From the IMG/VR virus record IMGVR_UViG_3300010051_000002, positions 1 through 64,000 of that record: 64,000 bases of DNA, one strand, 5' to 3'. Below are positions 28,537 through 37,941 of this stretch, in pieces. This DNA is from an uncultured virus (IMG/VR IMGVR_UViG_3300010051_000002). Its lineage: Duplodnaviria > Heunggongvirae > Uroviricota > Caudoviricetes. The translations under genes and the position numbers were made by a program. The stretch's first letter is position 1, and each line of letters opens with the position of its first letter. The notes beneath the pieces were generated by a model that saw only the letters and a list, made by a program, of their open reading frames with translations, did no database searches and was not told the origin of the DNA.

Positions 28537-31500
28537 GTGACTAGATTATATCTTCGTAATAAACTTGATACTACTTCTAATTTACCAACTGCTGAACAGG
28601 CTTCTTTAACTTCTGTTCGAGATTGTATGCCTCAAACTGACAATTTGGGGATGTTTACAAACAAGGGTATAATGCCTGCTAATGCTAATATTGCTTCTTT
28701 TTCGTATACTGTTGCTGTTAAAGAGGTGTATATTGGTAGATGGGTTTACCCACTTACCACCGTAACAAGTCTATCTGCAAATACTTGGACATTATTACAT
28801 AGTTCTGGAACGGGAAACAACATTCACAAGTTTGCATTAGATGCGAATAAAAAAATTTATATTAATTTGTATGTTTGGCGACCAGGAACGGGAAAAATTG
28901 CAACTGTTTTTGAAGGTGATAGTAATGCAACTACCGCATCCATACCACATGCTTCTGCTATTTACAGAAATACGTTTTCAGGTTCATCAGTATCTAGTAT
29001 TCAAAACACTGACTTTTTAGTTTTAGAATTATGGAGTCATACAAGCTCGTCTACTGGTGGCAATCAAAATGCTATGTTTTATTATAATGGCACTGATGAT
29101 ACAAGTGCAGATGGAACATCATCAACAAATGCAGCAGCGTATTTGGAAACGCCACAAACTTTACCCACTTTAGAATTTAATCCTACAAAATTATACTTTC
29201 ATGAAACATTATCTGATGTAAGCGGTACGTTACCTTCATCAGAACAAAATACCGCAATATCTACAATAGAAGCAAATGTTGATGCACAAACCGTTAACAG
29301 AACAATGAATGATACTATAGGAACTTCGCAAACTTCTAAACAACTTTCAGTACCTACTGTTTCAAGTACTCGAAATTATTATTTTACTCGATTTGTTTCC
29401 CCACCATTAGGAGCTCAAACAATAAGTGCTGGTGATTGGGGTTTAAGTTTCGCAGTTAAAGAAAGTGCTACTTCTGTAAACTTTCCTGTTTCAGGTACAA
29501 ATCATACTATTCCCATTACCTGTTACGTGTGGCGACCTTCAACAGGTGAAAAGGTTGCAGATATAAAAAATGGTTCATCTAGTAATACATTTTCAGAACC
29601 TAGTTCTGCTAATTCTGAACAGTCTGAATTTGGAACTTTTGCTGGATCAGAAGTTACATTGCAGGCAGGTGATGTTATTGTTATTGAATTTTTGTTTTCA
29701 TTTAATCACGGTACTACTAGCGGTAGAACTGCAACCTTATATTATGATGGAACAACAGAAGAATTTACAACAAGGACTGTTGTATCAAGTATTGCATCCT
29801 GCTTAATTGTACCTGCTACATTAGATTTTACTTCACTTAGAAATCTAGAAAGAACTATTTCAGATAGTATTGGTATATCTGATATTTCACCTACTAAATT
29901 ACGGAATAAGGTTAGAGAAATAGGGAGTGTATACGATTCTGATAATTTTGAAAGTGGTACTTATTCATTTACAGAAGGTGGAACATCACCTAATGGTAAA
30001 TGGATCAATCAATATCTCGGCGGTACCGGTTCTGCTAGTGGGGTTAGACTTTCTGCTTCTGTAGGTAATAATGTTATGTGGCAAAAACCACAGGTATCAA
30101 CAGCTCAATTTGAAACTCATGCAACTTTTACATTATTCAATACTACATATTCGGATTTTGATCTTACGGTTGATTTACGAACTATTTCACAGTTACGTCA
30201 AAATTTTACGCCTAATAGTTGGGAAACTGCTTGGATTCTTTTTAGGTATACTGACAACTGGCATCATTATTATCTTGTATTAAAAACAGGTGGTATTGAG
30301 CTTGGAAGAAAAGATTATGCTACTCAGATAGAACAGCAGATATTTCTTGTTACTAATGCAACTCCATTTACTGTTGTTGGTAGATGGGAAAATGTAAGAA
30401 TTAGAGCTGTTAAGAATAGATTTACAGTTTGGGTTAATGGAGTTTTTGCTTTTGATTTTACTGATGATGGATCAGTTGGTTATGATAGTAATACGGGTGG
30501 ATTACCAGCATTTCCTAGTGCAGCAATGTTTAGTGGAAAAATAGGTTTGTATAATGAAGATGCAGAGGTTGAATTTAATAATTTTATAGTTGCTGAAACA
30601 CATGTAATAACAATATCAGAAGCAATTTCTAGATTAAGAAATTTAAATCAAACAATGACAGATACAGTTGGTCCAATTGCTAATTCTAATAACAGATATA
30701 GGGGTAAAAATTCTGGATTTACCGATAATGTTGGTCCAATTGCAGATACAAATTCTAGATTACGGGGTTTAATACAATTATTTACAGATAACATTGGTCC
30801 AATATCTGATTCAATGCCTAGATTAACAAATAGACTTAAAACAATTACCGAGAATATAGGTACTATTTCTAGTAATCATACTAGATTAAGAGGATTATTA
30901 AAAGTATTTACCGATAACGTAGGACCGATTGCAAGCGTTCATGATAGATTCAGGCATTTTAATAAATTCTTTACAGATAACATAGGTCCTATTGCAGAAA
31001 CTATTGCTAAAAATACCCAAATGGTTAGAACATTTACAGAAAATATTTCTATAACATCAGATCATTTTAGAATAACAGATCGATTTAAAGGCTTTACAGA
31101 AAATATTACAATTACTGATAATCATGAAAGGTTAAGAGGATTTGTTAAATTATTTACTGATAATATTGGACCGATTGCATCAAACCATACAAGATTAAGA
31201 GGATTTAGTAAAACAATAACAGAAAACATAGGTCCAATATCTGATACTACTTCAAGGTTTAAGGTTCTTTTAATTAGAACAATAACAGAAAACATTACAA
31301 TTGCATCAAACCATTCACGATTACGTGATCTGTTAAAAGATTTTACAGAAAATATTGTAATTGAAGATCTTCATGTTCGCTTACGAAACAAGTTAAAAGA
31401 TTTTACTGAAAACATTACAATAACATCAGTTCATAACAGGTATAGAGGATTATTACAATCATTTACAGAAAATATTGGTCCTATTACATCAGTTCATTTA

Positions 31501-31692
31501 AGACTTGTTGATAGGATTAGAACCTTTACAGATAATATTACAATAGCATCCGAACATTCAAGGATTAAAACAATATTACCTAGATTAATAACGGAAGATA
31601 TAGGTATTAATTCTACTGTTATATATTCAATTGTAAGAAGTTTCTATATAAAATTACTAAGGATTAAAACAAATAAAAATAATATAATATAA
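28537..31692 (+). CDS. Fibre/adhesin: two N-terminal repeated domains, a DUF1080-like lectin domain and ~16 tandem 20-22-aa shaft repeats
   Basis: 'TRLYL/TKLYF...LP..EQ...YVWRP.TG' twice; 'DFDLTVD...WILFRYTD..HYY...WENVRIRAV...VWVNG...GKIGLYNED'; repeats FT(D/E)NI..I...H.RLR. Confidence 0.7.
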   Translation: MTRLYLRNKLDTTSNLPTAEQASLTSVRDCMPQTDNLGMFTNKGIMPANANIASFSYTVAVKEVYIGRWVYPLTTVTSLSANTWTLLHSSGTGNNIHKFALDANKKIYINLYVWRPGTGKIATVFEGDSNATTASIPHASAIYRNTFSGSSVSSIQNTDFLVLELWSHTSSSTGGNQNAMFYYNGTDDTSADGTSSTNAAAYLETPQTLPTLEFNPTKLYFHETLSDVSGTLPSSEQNTAISTIEANVDAQTVNRTMNDTIGTSQTSKQLSVPTVSSTRNYYFTRFVSPPLGAQTISAGDWGLSFAVKESATSVNFPVSGTNHTIPITCYVWRPSTGEKVADIKNGSSSNTFSEPSSANSEQSEFGTFAGSEVTLQAGDVIVIEFLFSFNHGTTSGRTATLYYDGTTEEFTTRTVVSSIASCLIVPATLDFTSLRNLERTISDSIGISDISPTKLRNKVREIGSVYDSDNFESGTYSFTEGGTSPNGKWINQYLGGTGSASGVRLSASVGNNVMWQKPQVSTAQFETHATFTLFNTTYSDFDLTVDLRTISQLRQNFTPNSWETAWILFRYTDNWHHYYLVLKTGGIELGRKDYATQIEQQIFLVTNATPFTVVGRWENVRIRAVKNRFTVWVNGVFAFDFTDDGSVGYDSNTGGLPAFPSAAMFSGKIGLYNEDAEVEFNNFIVAETHVITISEAISRLRNLNQTMTDTVGPIANSNNRYRGKNSGFTDNVGPIADTNSRLRGLIQLFTDNIGPISDSMPRLTNRLKTITENIGTISSNHTRLRGLLKVFTDNVGPIASVHDRFRHFNKFFTDNIGPIAETIAKNTQMVRTFTENISITSDHFRITDRFKGFTENITITDNHERLRGFVKLFTDNIGPIASNHTRLRGFSKTITENIGPISDTTSRFKVLLIRTITENITIASNHSRLRDLLKDFTENIVIEDLHVRLRNKLKDFTENITITSVHNRYRGLLQSFTENIGPITSVHLRLVDRIRTFTDNITIASEHSRIKTILPRLITEDIGINSTVIYSIVRSFYIKLLRIKTNKNNII
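30650..31645 (+). repeat. Tandem 60-66-nt coding repeats (~16 copies)
   Basis: Consensus FTDNIGPIASNHxRLRGLxK in translation. Confidence 0.9.
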
Positions 31693-31701
31693 TATAATTT
31701 T

Positions 31702-32283
31702 TTATTTGTATGTTATGTGTTCGATTGCTCTTGCTACAAATGTACCGTTTGGTGTTTGTATTATAGTTAATGGTACTCCTTTTTCTGGTCGCCAAAACGG
31801 TTGCAGTTTGAATGTTTTACCTGCTAAAAAGTCATCAAGTGTTTGGACATGTGACCCCCATTCATCAGCATACCCTGTTTTTTTCTGTCCAAATTGACTT
31901 GAAGGTTTAGATTTATTTTCAACTTCTTTAACTTCTTCTGAAACTTCATCATATTTTATTTCTGATTTGGTACTCAGGGTAGAATTATCTGGATTGTCTT
32001 GATTTATAAAAACATTATACCATTTATCTTTAAATTTCAATGATTCCATTTTTCCAGTAGCATTTGTAATTTTATCTAATACTGCTGTCTTGAGTTCTGA
32101 ATCTAAGATCTGGTTGTAAAAAATACTTTCAAATCCTGTATCATACCCACCAGTGGCAGGCTTCATTACCCATTTCTGACCTTGTGCATCCTCATGTATT
32201 CTTTTTTCACCTTGTATATAATAGCGTGATTTATTAGCCTTCTCGCTATTTTCTTGGCTTTCTAAATTATTTGATGTTGACAT
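31702..32283 (-). CDS. Hypothetical protein (193 aa)
   Basis: ORF track. Confidence 0.65.
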   Translation of the reverse strand: MSTSNNLESQENSEKANKSRYYIQGEKRIHEDAQGQKWVMKPATGGYDTGFESIFYNQILDSELKTAVLDKITNATGKMESLKFKDKWYNVFINQDNPDNSTLSTKSEIKYDEVSEEVKEVENKSKPSSQFGQKKTGYADEWGSHVQTLDDFLAGKTFKLQPFWRPEKGVPLTIIQTPNGTFVARAIEHITYK

Positions 32284-32330
32284 TTTGTGTCAACATTACG
32301 ATTATATTATATAGTATATTAATATTGCTG

Positions 32331-32732
32331 GTGAATTTGGCAGTTTTACACAAATACAAATCTTTTATTTTAGGTAAGTGTAATTGTGGATGTAATGAAG
32401 ATATACCATTATATAATTTTGGTGCTAAGAAGTTTAGAAGATTTAAAAAAGAGCATATTAATAAAAATAGGCGACAACCTAAATTTGTTAAAATTTCATC
32501 TTCAGGTTATTTAGTTATATGGAATCCTATTTTAAAAAAACATGAAAAAGTACATAGATTAGTTTATGAAGCATATCATAAATGTTGTTTGTTAGAATGG
32601 ACTGTAATTCATCATATAGATGGAAATAGACAAAATAATGATATTACAAATTTAATGCCAATTCGTGACGTTTTACATCTTTATTTAGAACAAACTAATG
32701 CACGTTATATTAAAAGTTTAAAAAAGGATTAA
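32331..32732 (+). CDS. HNH homing-type endonuclease
   Basis: 'HRLVYEAYH...VIHHIDGNRQNNDITNL' and N-terminal CNCGC; start probably GTG 32331 or TTG 32337 rather than 32271. Confidence 0.85.
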   Translation: MNLAVLHKYKSFILGKCNCGCNEDIPLYNFGAKKFRRFKKEHINKNRRQPKFVKISSSGYLVIWNPILKKHEKVHRLVYEAYHKCCLLEWTVIHHIDGNRQNNDITNLMPIRDVLHLYLEQTNARYIKSLKKD

Positions 32733-32737
32733 AATAT

Positions 32738-33286
32738 ATGCCACATATAAATAATCTTCGTAGACAACGTGGGTACTCTTGGGAAACATCTATCGTTGAT
32801 TTTTTCAATTCTAAAATGGGCTATGTTTCTAGACGTTTAGGAGGATCTAGCAGTGGTTTACCTGATATAATAACTACACATAACGATAGTGGCACTATAT
32901 ATGTTTTTGAAGCAAAAAGTGTAACAGGAACAGTTGCGTATATTCCTAATGACCAAATTACAAGATGTTTGGATGTTCTAAAGATGTTTGAATATTACCC
33001 TAATAGATGGATGTGGTTTGCTTTTAAATTTGGAGTAAATAAGGTAGATTATCAGAAAAGAAAGAAAACAAACGAAAAAACAAAATTTTATTTCTTCAAG
33101 GTTACATTAGTTTCAAATCTAGAAAGTATACGGTTTGTTTCATGTAATTATAACGGTGAACTTTCATTAATGAAACATGAAGATTCTATTGATACTCCAT
33201 ATATGGAAGCTTGGCAGTATACAAAACTAAATGACTTGCTTGTAGAAAATGCTTCTAAAAGAACCAAACAGGCAACATTAATTTAA
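32738..33286 (+). CDS. hjc: Archaeal-type Holliday junction resolvase
   Basis: 'RGYSWE...RRLGGSSSGLPDII...VFEAKS' PD-(D/E)XK Hjc pattern. Confidence 0.85.
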   Translation: MPHINNLRRQRGYSWETSIVDFFNSKMGYVSRRLGGSSSGLPDIITTHNDSGTIYVFEAKSVTGTVAYIPNDQITRCLDVLKMFEYYPNRWMWFAFKFGVNKVDYQKRKKTNEKTKFYFFKVTLVSNLESIRFVSCNYNGELSLMKHEDSIDTPYMEAWQYTKLNDLLVENASKRTKQATLI

Positions 33287-33287
33287 T

Positions 33288-33310
33288 TTTGCGAAGATCT
33301 TCTTCGCAAA
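33288..33310. repeat. 23-bp palindromic element copy 2 (core TCT)
   Basis: Identical to 5050-5072; fills the gap between convergent stops at 33286 and 33311. Confidence 0.95.
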
Positions 33311-33748
33311 CTAAACAACGTTAAACATACTGAGGTTTTTACCACTACCCCGATATGTTAACCAACTTTTTACTAGAACATCATCACGTTCCATATTACC
33401 CTTACTTTTACAGTGTCTAACATCTATCGGAGCTCCTTCTAAATGTCTAAATATAAAATCTTCTCTAGTCATATCTAGTTTCATATAATCACCTTCAAAA
33501 TATTCTTTTATTTCTTCTTCACCAATATGATCCCTAACCAATCCTACCATTACAGAAATAGGGAAATACTGCACTGGATGGTTACCTACTATTGATCTTT
33601 TAAGTTGTAAAATTTTATCACCCAATCTTGCTTCTGCAATTTTACGGGCAAATACAAAATTGTTACTTTTAGAGAAATAAACTAACACTCCATCTTTGAG
33701 TAATTGTTTTTTCTGTTCATCAGAAATTTCTTTTAATTTATTTTTCAA
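33311..33748 (-). CDS. Hypothetical protein (145 aa)
   Basis: ORF track; solitary minus-strand gene. Confidence 0.6.
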   Translation of the reverse strand: MKNKLKEISDEQKKQLLKDGVLVYFSKSNNFVFARKIAEARLGDKILQLKRSIVGNHPVQYFPISVMVGLVRDHIGEEEIKEYFEGDYMKLDMTREDFIFRHLEGAPIDVRHCKSKGNMERDDVLVKSWLTYRGSGKNLSMFNVV

Positions 33749-33806
33749 TATCAGATGTTGATTAAATTAGTATATATTTTTATTCAAGCGAATTACAAAA
33801 ATTATA

Positions 33807-34826
33807 GTGGTTCTTGATCAGCTAGGCATAGCCAAACAATTACCCGATTCTATGAACAATCCTCAAAATATCTTTATAGGAAACATAGAACATCTTACAA
33901 ATAGGGTAAGCCTAGCTGGTGCTTTATCTGGTATACATCAGATAGATGTAGAAACAGGAACAATTGGTTTTTTAAATGGAAATACCAATGCGATTTTAAA
34001 ATTTAGAACAACTTCAGGTTATTCACTTGGTAAGGTAAGTAGGGATCATGGTGAAAATCATGCTAACGGATTCATGCAAGATCCATTGGATTTTAGAAAT
34101 TTTGAATTTTCAACTTATATTTTTTTAAACAATGCAGTTTCAAATGGTTATTTTAGAATACAGGGAAGAGGTGGTGAACATTATGGAAACAGAAATTTAG
34201 AAGGTACGGCAGTTGGTATTGATCTTGGTTTTGATGGTAGGATTCGAGCCTTTAAAACACGAAGATACCCCGATGTAAATAATTTTACCGAATGGCAAAA
34301 CGGAATAGGGGATTTAGAAGGTAGATGGGTAGGCTTTAAGGCTATTTTTTATAATGTAAACGATAATGAAGCGGTAAAATATCTGCTTTATCTTGATACC
34401 GATCTATCTAACAAATGGGAAAAATTTTTTGAAATTGTTGATGATGGTAAGGGAGTTCTAGGCGGTGCTGGATCAGTTGGTAATGGTGCAATTGGTCAAC
34501 CTATAACATGGGGTGGACCTTTGGTATTTTTTAAATGGTTTGGATGTGCAGATCCCGATGGCGTTTTACTTCAGAATATTTCTTTAAGGGAAATTGATGC
34601 AACAACAGTTGGTGGTTCACCATCCATACCTACTACCCAGCAACAGAAAACAGAAACCCCTGAAGGCACGTTAGAAGATCCTGACTGGTTAGAAAAAATC
34701 AGCGGTGATTCCCCTGCTACAACAAATCTGTTTGGAGTTCAAAATATCTATGCATACGGTGATATAATTTATGCTCCTAGTGATTGGACATTGCAACCTG
34801 GTGAGGAAACAACGCCTGATGAATAA
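33807..34826 (+). CDS. Beta-jelly-roll (lectin/polysaccharide-lyase-like) domain protein
   Basis: 'RGGEH...EGTA...FDGRI...RWVGFKAIFYN...YLD...W...ITWGGP'; paralogous to 34850, 48715 and 61114. Confidence 0.6.
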   Translation: MVLDQLGIAKQLPDSMNNPQNIFIGNIEHLTNRVSLAGALSGIHQIDVETGTIGFLNGNTNAILKFRTTSGYSLGKVSRDHGENHANGFMQDPLDFRNFEFSTYIFLNNAVSNGYFRIQGRGGEHYGNRNLEGTAVGIDLGFDGRIRAFKTRRYPDVNNFTEWQNGIGDLEGRWVGFKAIFYNVNDNEAVKYLLYLDTDLSNKWEKFFEIVDDGKGVLGGAGSVGNGAIGQPITWGGPLVFFKWFGCADPDGVLLQNISLREIDATTVGGSPSIPTTQQQKTETPEGTLEDPDWLEKISGDSPATTNLFGVQNIYAYGDIIYAPSDWTLQPGEETTPDE

Positions 34827-34849
34827 TAGTAAAGAGGTACGTTACTGAA

Positions 34850-36238
34850 ATGTCAATGTCCATTGATAAAAGAAGCGATGGTACGCGTTTCAACTGGACA
34901 GGCTTAGGTAGTCGTTACGCTAGTTGTGAAATGATACTTTACGTTAGACATCCTTGTGGATCGTTTGGGGATGAGGTATCAGGCAAAATGGGCGGTGGAA
35001 AACATAGCTCGGGATCCAGACCGCGTTGCTATGATATAGGTGTAGATTCTGACAATGGCAACACTAGGTTAAGGGTTGAAGATAAACATCCCGAATATGA
35101 TACTGTTTCAAGTAATCGTGGTGATGCTCCTAATCAGGGAGTAGGATTAGGTGGTAATTGGATTGGTTACTGTTTCATAAAAAGAAACATGAACGGTTAT
35201 GTTCTTTTACAGGTATGGCAGGATGCAGGAAATAATAACGGTTCTACTCCTGCTAATGCTTGGAAATTAATTGGATCATGGAATTGTTCTAACCCATACT
35301 GGCCTAATCCACCAAGTGATCATCAAGAAACAGTACGTATTGATAATGTGGATTGTTTAGAACATAAATGGGGATCGTTACGTGAAATTACTGGTAACGC
35401 TTCCACAACTCCAGGTACAGGTGGAGTTGGTGGCGGTACAACTGGTGGTGGAACAATTGGAGGTGGTACTATTGGTGGCGGTACAACTGGCGGTGGGCAA
35501 GTGCCAGGCGGACAGATACCAGGCGGTGGATCGTGGGGTACAGGTGGAACAGGTGGAGTTGGAGGATCAACAGGTGGTGGTATTGGTAGTGGTGATGGTA
35601 GTGGAGGTACCGGTACTGGTGTAGATACTCCAAATCCTGCCGAGAGTACCGTACTTTATGAACGAAAAGAATACTGGATTCGGTACAACATTAATTTTAT
35701 TTCAGGTGATGCATGTGGTGTTGGTAAGAATCCTCAAACATCACCACTTGTTGCAGTGTATAAGGTACAGGGTGATGTGTATGTTGAAGGTAAAAATTAC
35801 AGTCGTGTTGGTATTCATATTGCTAAAGAAAATAAAGACAATCCTGCTGAAACTTCAAGGTTTATTGGATTACCACCTATAATGGCAATGACACTTGTTT
35901 TAAGACGGGCAGGTACTAACTCTATGAGTGGCAATATTAACATAAGAATTAGAGATAAAAATTATAGTATTGTAGCAGAACTTGGAACAATTGCGATCAC
36001 AGCAGTACAGGCTAATGATCTATCATTTCCTTTATCATTTCCAAATAACCTTAGAGATCTAAAAGTGGGTGATCATCTTTCAATAGAATATGATGGAAAT
36101 AACCAGACAGATTACCTTAGAGTAAAGGTTAATCAGTTTGAAAAATTTGATGGTGCATTGACAAGGATGTTTGTATATGATGGTAATGCATACATCTATG
36201 ATGATTTTGCCGATCTAGCTGCCGAGATAAGTGTATAG
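34850..36238 (+). CDS. Modular adhesin: jelly-roll domain, Gly-rich linker and one copy of the 14208 repeat domain
   Basis: 'GGGKH...HPEY...WIGYCFIKR...WQD...RIDN'; C-term 'SRVGIHI...RIRD...GDHLSIEY...DLAA'. Confidence 0.65.
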   Translation: MSMSIDKRSDGTRFNWTGLGSRYASCEMILYVRHPCGSFGDEVSGKMGGGKHSSGSRPRCYDIGVDSDNGNTRLRVEDKHPEYDTVSSNRGDAPNQGVGLGGNWIGYCFIKRNMNGYVLLQVWQDAGNNNGSTPANAWKLIGSWNCSNPYWPNPPSDHQETVRIDNVDCLEHKWGSLREITGNASTTPGTGGVGGGTTGGGTIGGGTIGGGTTGGGQVPGGQIPGGGSWGTGGTGGVGGSTGGGIGSGDGSGGTGTGVDTPNPAESTVLYERKEYWIRYNINFISGDACGVGKNPQTSPLVAVYKVQGDVYVEGKNYSRVGIHIAKENKDNPAETSRFIGLPPIMAMTLVLRRAGTNSMSGNINIRIRDKNYSIVAELGTIAITAVQANDLSFPLSFPNNLRDLKVGDHLSIEYDGNNQTDYLRVKVNQFEKFDGALTRMFVYDGNAYIYDDFADLAAEISV

Positions 36239-36297
36239 TCGACTATACAAGTAGTTCTTATAAAAAATGTTTTATGTAGTACTTGAAAGTACTACAT
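36232..36297. terminator. Two palindromes at the convergent adhesin/PCNA junction
   Basis: Perfect 18-bp TGTATAGTCGACTATACA (36232-36249) and ATGTAGTACT-TGAA-AGTACTACAT (36274-36297); terminator role is inferred. Confidence 0.5.
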
Positions 36298-36304
36298 TAA
36301 AAAA

Positions 36305-37129
36305 TTAATCCTCAACTCTAGGAGCAAGTATACAGACAAGATTACCTACATCATTACTTTCTTCATTGATATAATAGAATGAAACTGGTAACTTATCATT
36401 ATATCTTATATCAACCTTTGAATAGGCTTTTGATTCAGTAACCAAGTGATTCAAAAAGTCCATAGAATAGAATCCTTCAATTTTTTCTGTGCCATCATGT
36501 TCTTTTTCTGACATATCGACAAAATCAACAGTTTCAAATTTGTTTATTTTTATCTTCTTTCGTATGTTGTTCTGACTTGTTGCTTCAAAGTTTAGTTGTG
36601 TTCCACTGTTTGTAATTTTAATTGCATCAGCTTCATAATCGTTTATTTCATGGATGCTATCAACAAGGTTTTCTATTTCCATTCTTGCAAGGGGTATATC
36701 ATTTCCATAGCCTAAGTCTGGTATGTTTATGTTTTGTTCATAATTAAATGCTGGAATTTGAATTTCTTTTATTACTTCATTGGTATCATTACTTGTTATT
36801 ATAAAGTTGATTCCAAGTAATTCACCACTTTTATCTGTTTCAGCATTTACCGTTGTAGTGTTATCTTCAACTCTTGCTAATATTTTTGAAACATCTTTTA
36901 CCGATAGCTCAAATGTTTTATCATTGAGTGGTTTTGCTAGACTTTCAAGTTTGTAATGCTTGTTGTTTCTTAAATCCAAGTTAGCCATACATACATGACT
37001 TGGATCTATGAATTTTAGATTCATTGTATCATTATTAACGGTCATGGCAAATTGCTCTTGATATTTTGATGCAACCTTTAAGAATGTGTTTATTTGATCT
37101 ACTCCATTTTTGAGTAATTCTATTTTCAA
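36305..37129 (-). CDS. pcna: PCNA sliding clamp
   Basis: 'IDPSHVCMANLDL', 'YSMDFL', 'LPVSFYY', C-terminal 'ILAPRVED'. Confidence 0.93.
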   Translation of the reverse strand: MKIELLKNGVDQINTFLKVASKYQEQFAMTVNNDTMNLKFIDPSHVCMANLDLRNNKHYKLESLAKPLNDKTFELSVKDVSKILARVEDNTTTVNAETDKSGELLGINFIITSNDTNEVIKEIQIPAFNYEQNINIPDLGYGNDIPLARMEIENLVDSIHEINDYEADAIKITNSGTQLNFEATSQNNIRKKIKINKFETVDFVDMSEKEHDGTEKIEGFYSMDFLNHLVTESKAYSKVDIRYNDKLPVSFYYINEESNDVGNLVCILAPRVED

Positions 37130-37153
37130 TTCATAAACTAAAGATCGATGTGA

Positions 37154-37161
37154 TTATATAA
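37154..37161. promoter_or_regulatory. Palindromic TATA box shared by divergent pcna and terminase-region genes
   Basis: TTATATAA lies 25 nt from both start codons (37129 minus, 37186 plus). Confidence 0.65.
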
Positions 37162-37185
37162 GTTTAATTATCACATAATTTTATT

Positions 37186-37941
37186 ATGACGGTAAGTAAT
37201 GAGCTGAAACTTTCAAGGTATCAGGTTGATTATGTAACCAATCTTGTTAAATTTGTTATTAAAAAATACAGCGATCTTAACAAGCATGACCAGTATAATA
37301 TTTTTGCAAAATTAACCAGAATATCATTATTGAAAAATGAATTCTTTGATTATCGTGATAAGGTTATTGATCTTTTGAAAGGTGGATTTGATCCTGATGA
37401 TGAACGGATGCATTTCTATGTAAGTACAGATTTACCGCATACACATCTTGAAATAACCGAATCAATGAAGCAGGTATTTAGTTATTGGGATGAAAGATTT
37501 AAGCAAGAGATAGAAAAAGTAAATCCTGATGATCAGGTTTTGAAGGATGTTACTCAGTTAATGTTGGCAACTTCGGAACGTGTTTCTAAATTGGCACTTG
37601 GTACCCCTGTAATGGTATGGGTACAGAGAAAGGTTAGACTGATGCAGAAAACTAACAAAGCAATTAGTATCAAAGATTTTGGTGCAGAGTTAAGCACAAA
37701 TAAATATAATACCGATTCTAGTAAAATAGATACTTTAAATAATGGCTCAACAGCTCCTTCAATCCCCACCAACATTACCAAATCCGAACAACAACGAGGA
37801 AAGGATGGAGGATCTGTACGATTATCTGGAACAGGTAAAGGACAGCATATACAAAACAGCTCTTCAAGCTCCACTGACAAAACAGGAGTTGAAGGAGTAC
37901 AAGGAAGCGATTCAGGAAGAAAAACGGAAAAACTTTTCTAG
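37186..37941 (+). CDS. Putative terminase small subunit
   Basis: Helical protein directly upstream of and overlapping terL; positional inference only. Confidence 0.45.
   Translation: MTVSNELKLSRYQVDYVTNLVKFVIKKYSDLNKHDQYNIFAKLTRISLLKNEFFDYRDKVIDLLKGGFDPDDERMHFYVSTDLPHTHLEITESMKQVFSYWDERFKQEIEKVNPDDQVLKDVTQLMLATSERVSKLALGTPVMVWVQRKVRLMQKTNKAISIKDFGAELSTNKYNTDSSKIDTLNNGSTAPSIPTNITKSEQQRGKDGGSVRLSGTGKGQHIQNSSSSSTDKTGVEGVQGSDSGRKTEKLF

Noticed and set aside
14208..36238. Diversity-generating retroelement acting on adhesins
   Set aside because: No reverse transcriptase and no near-identical TR/VR pair with adenine-specific differences was seen; the paralogs are diverged at protein level.
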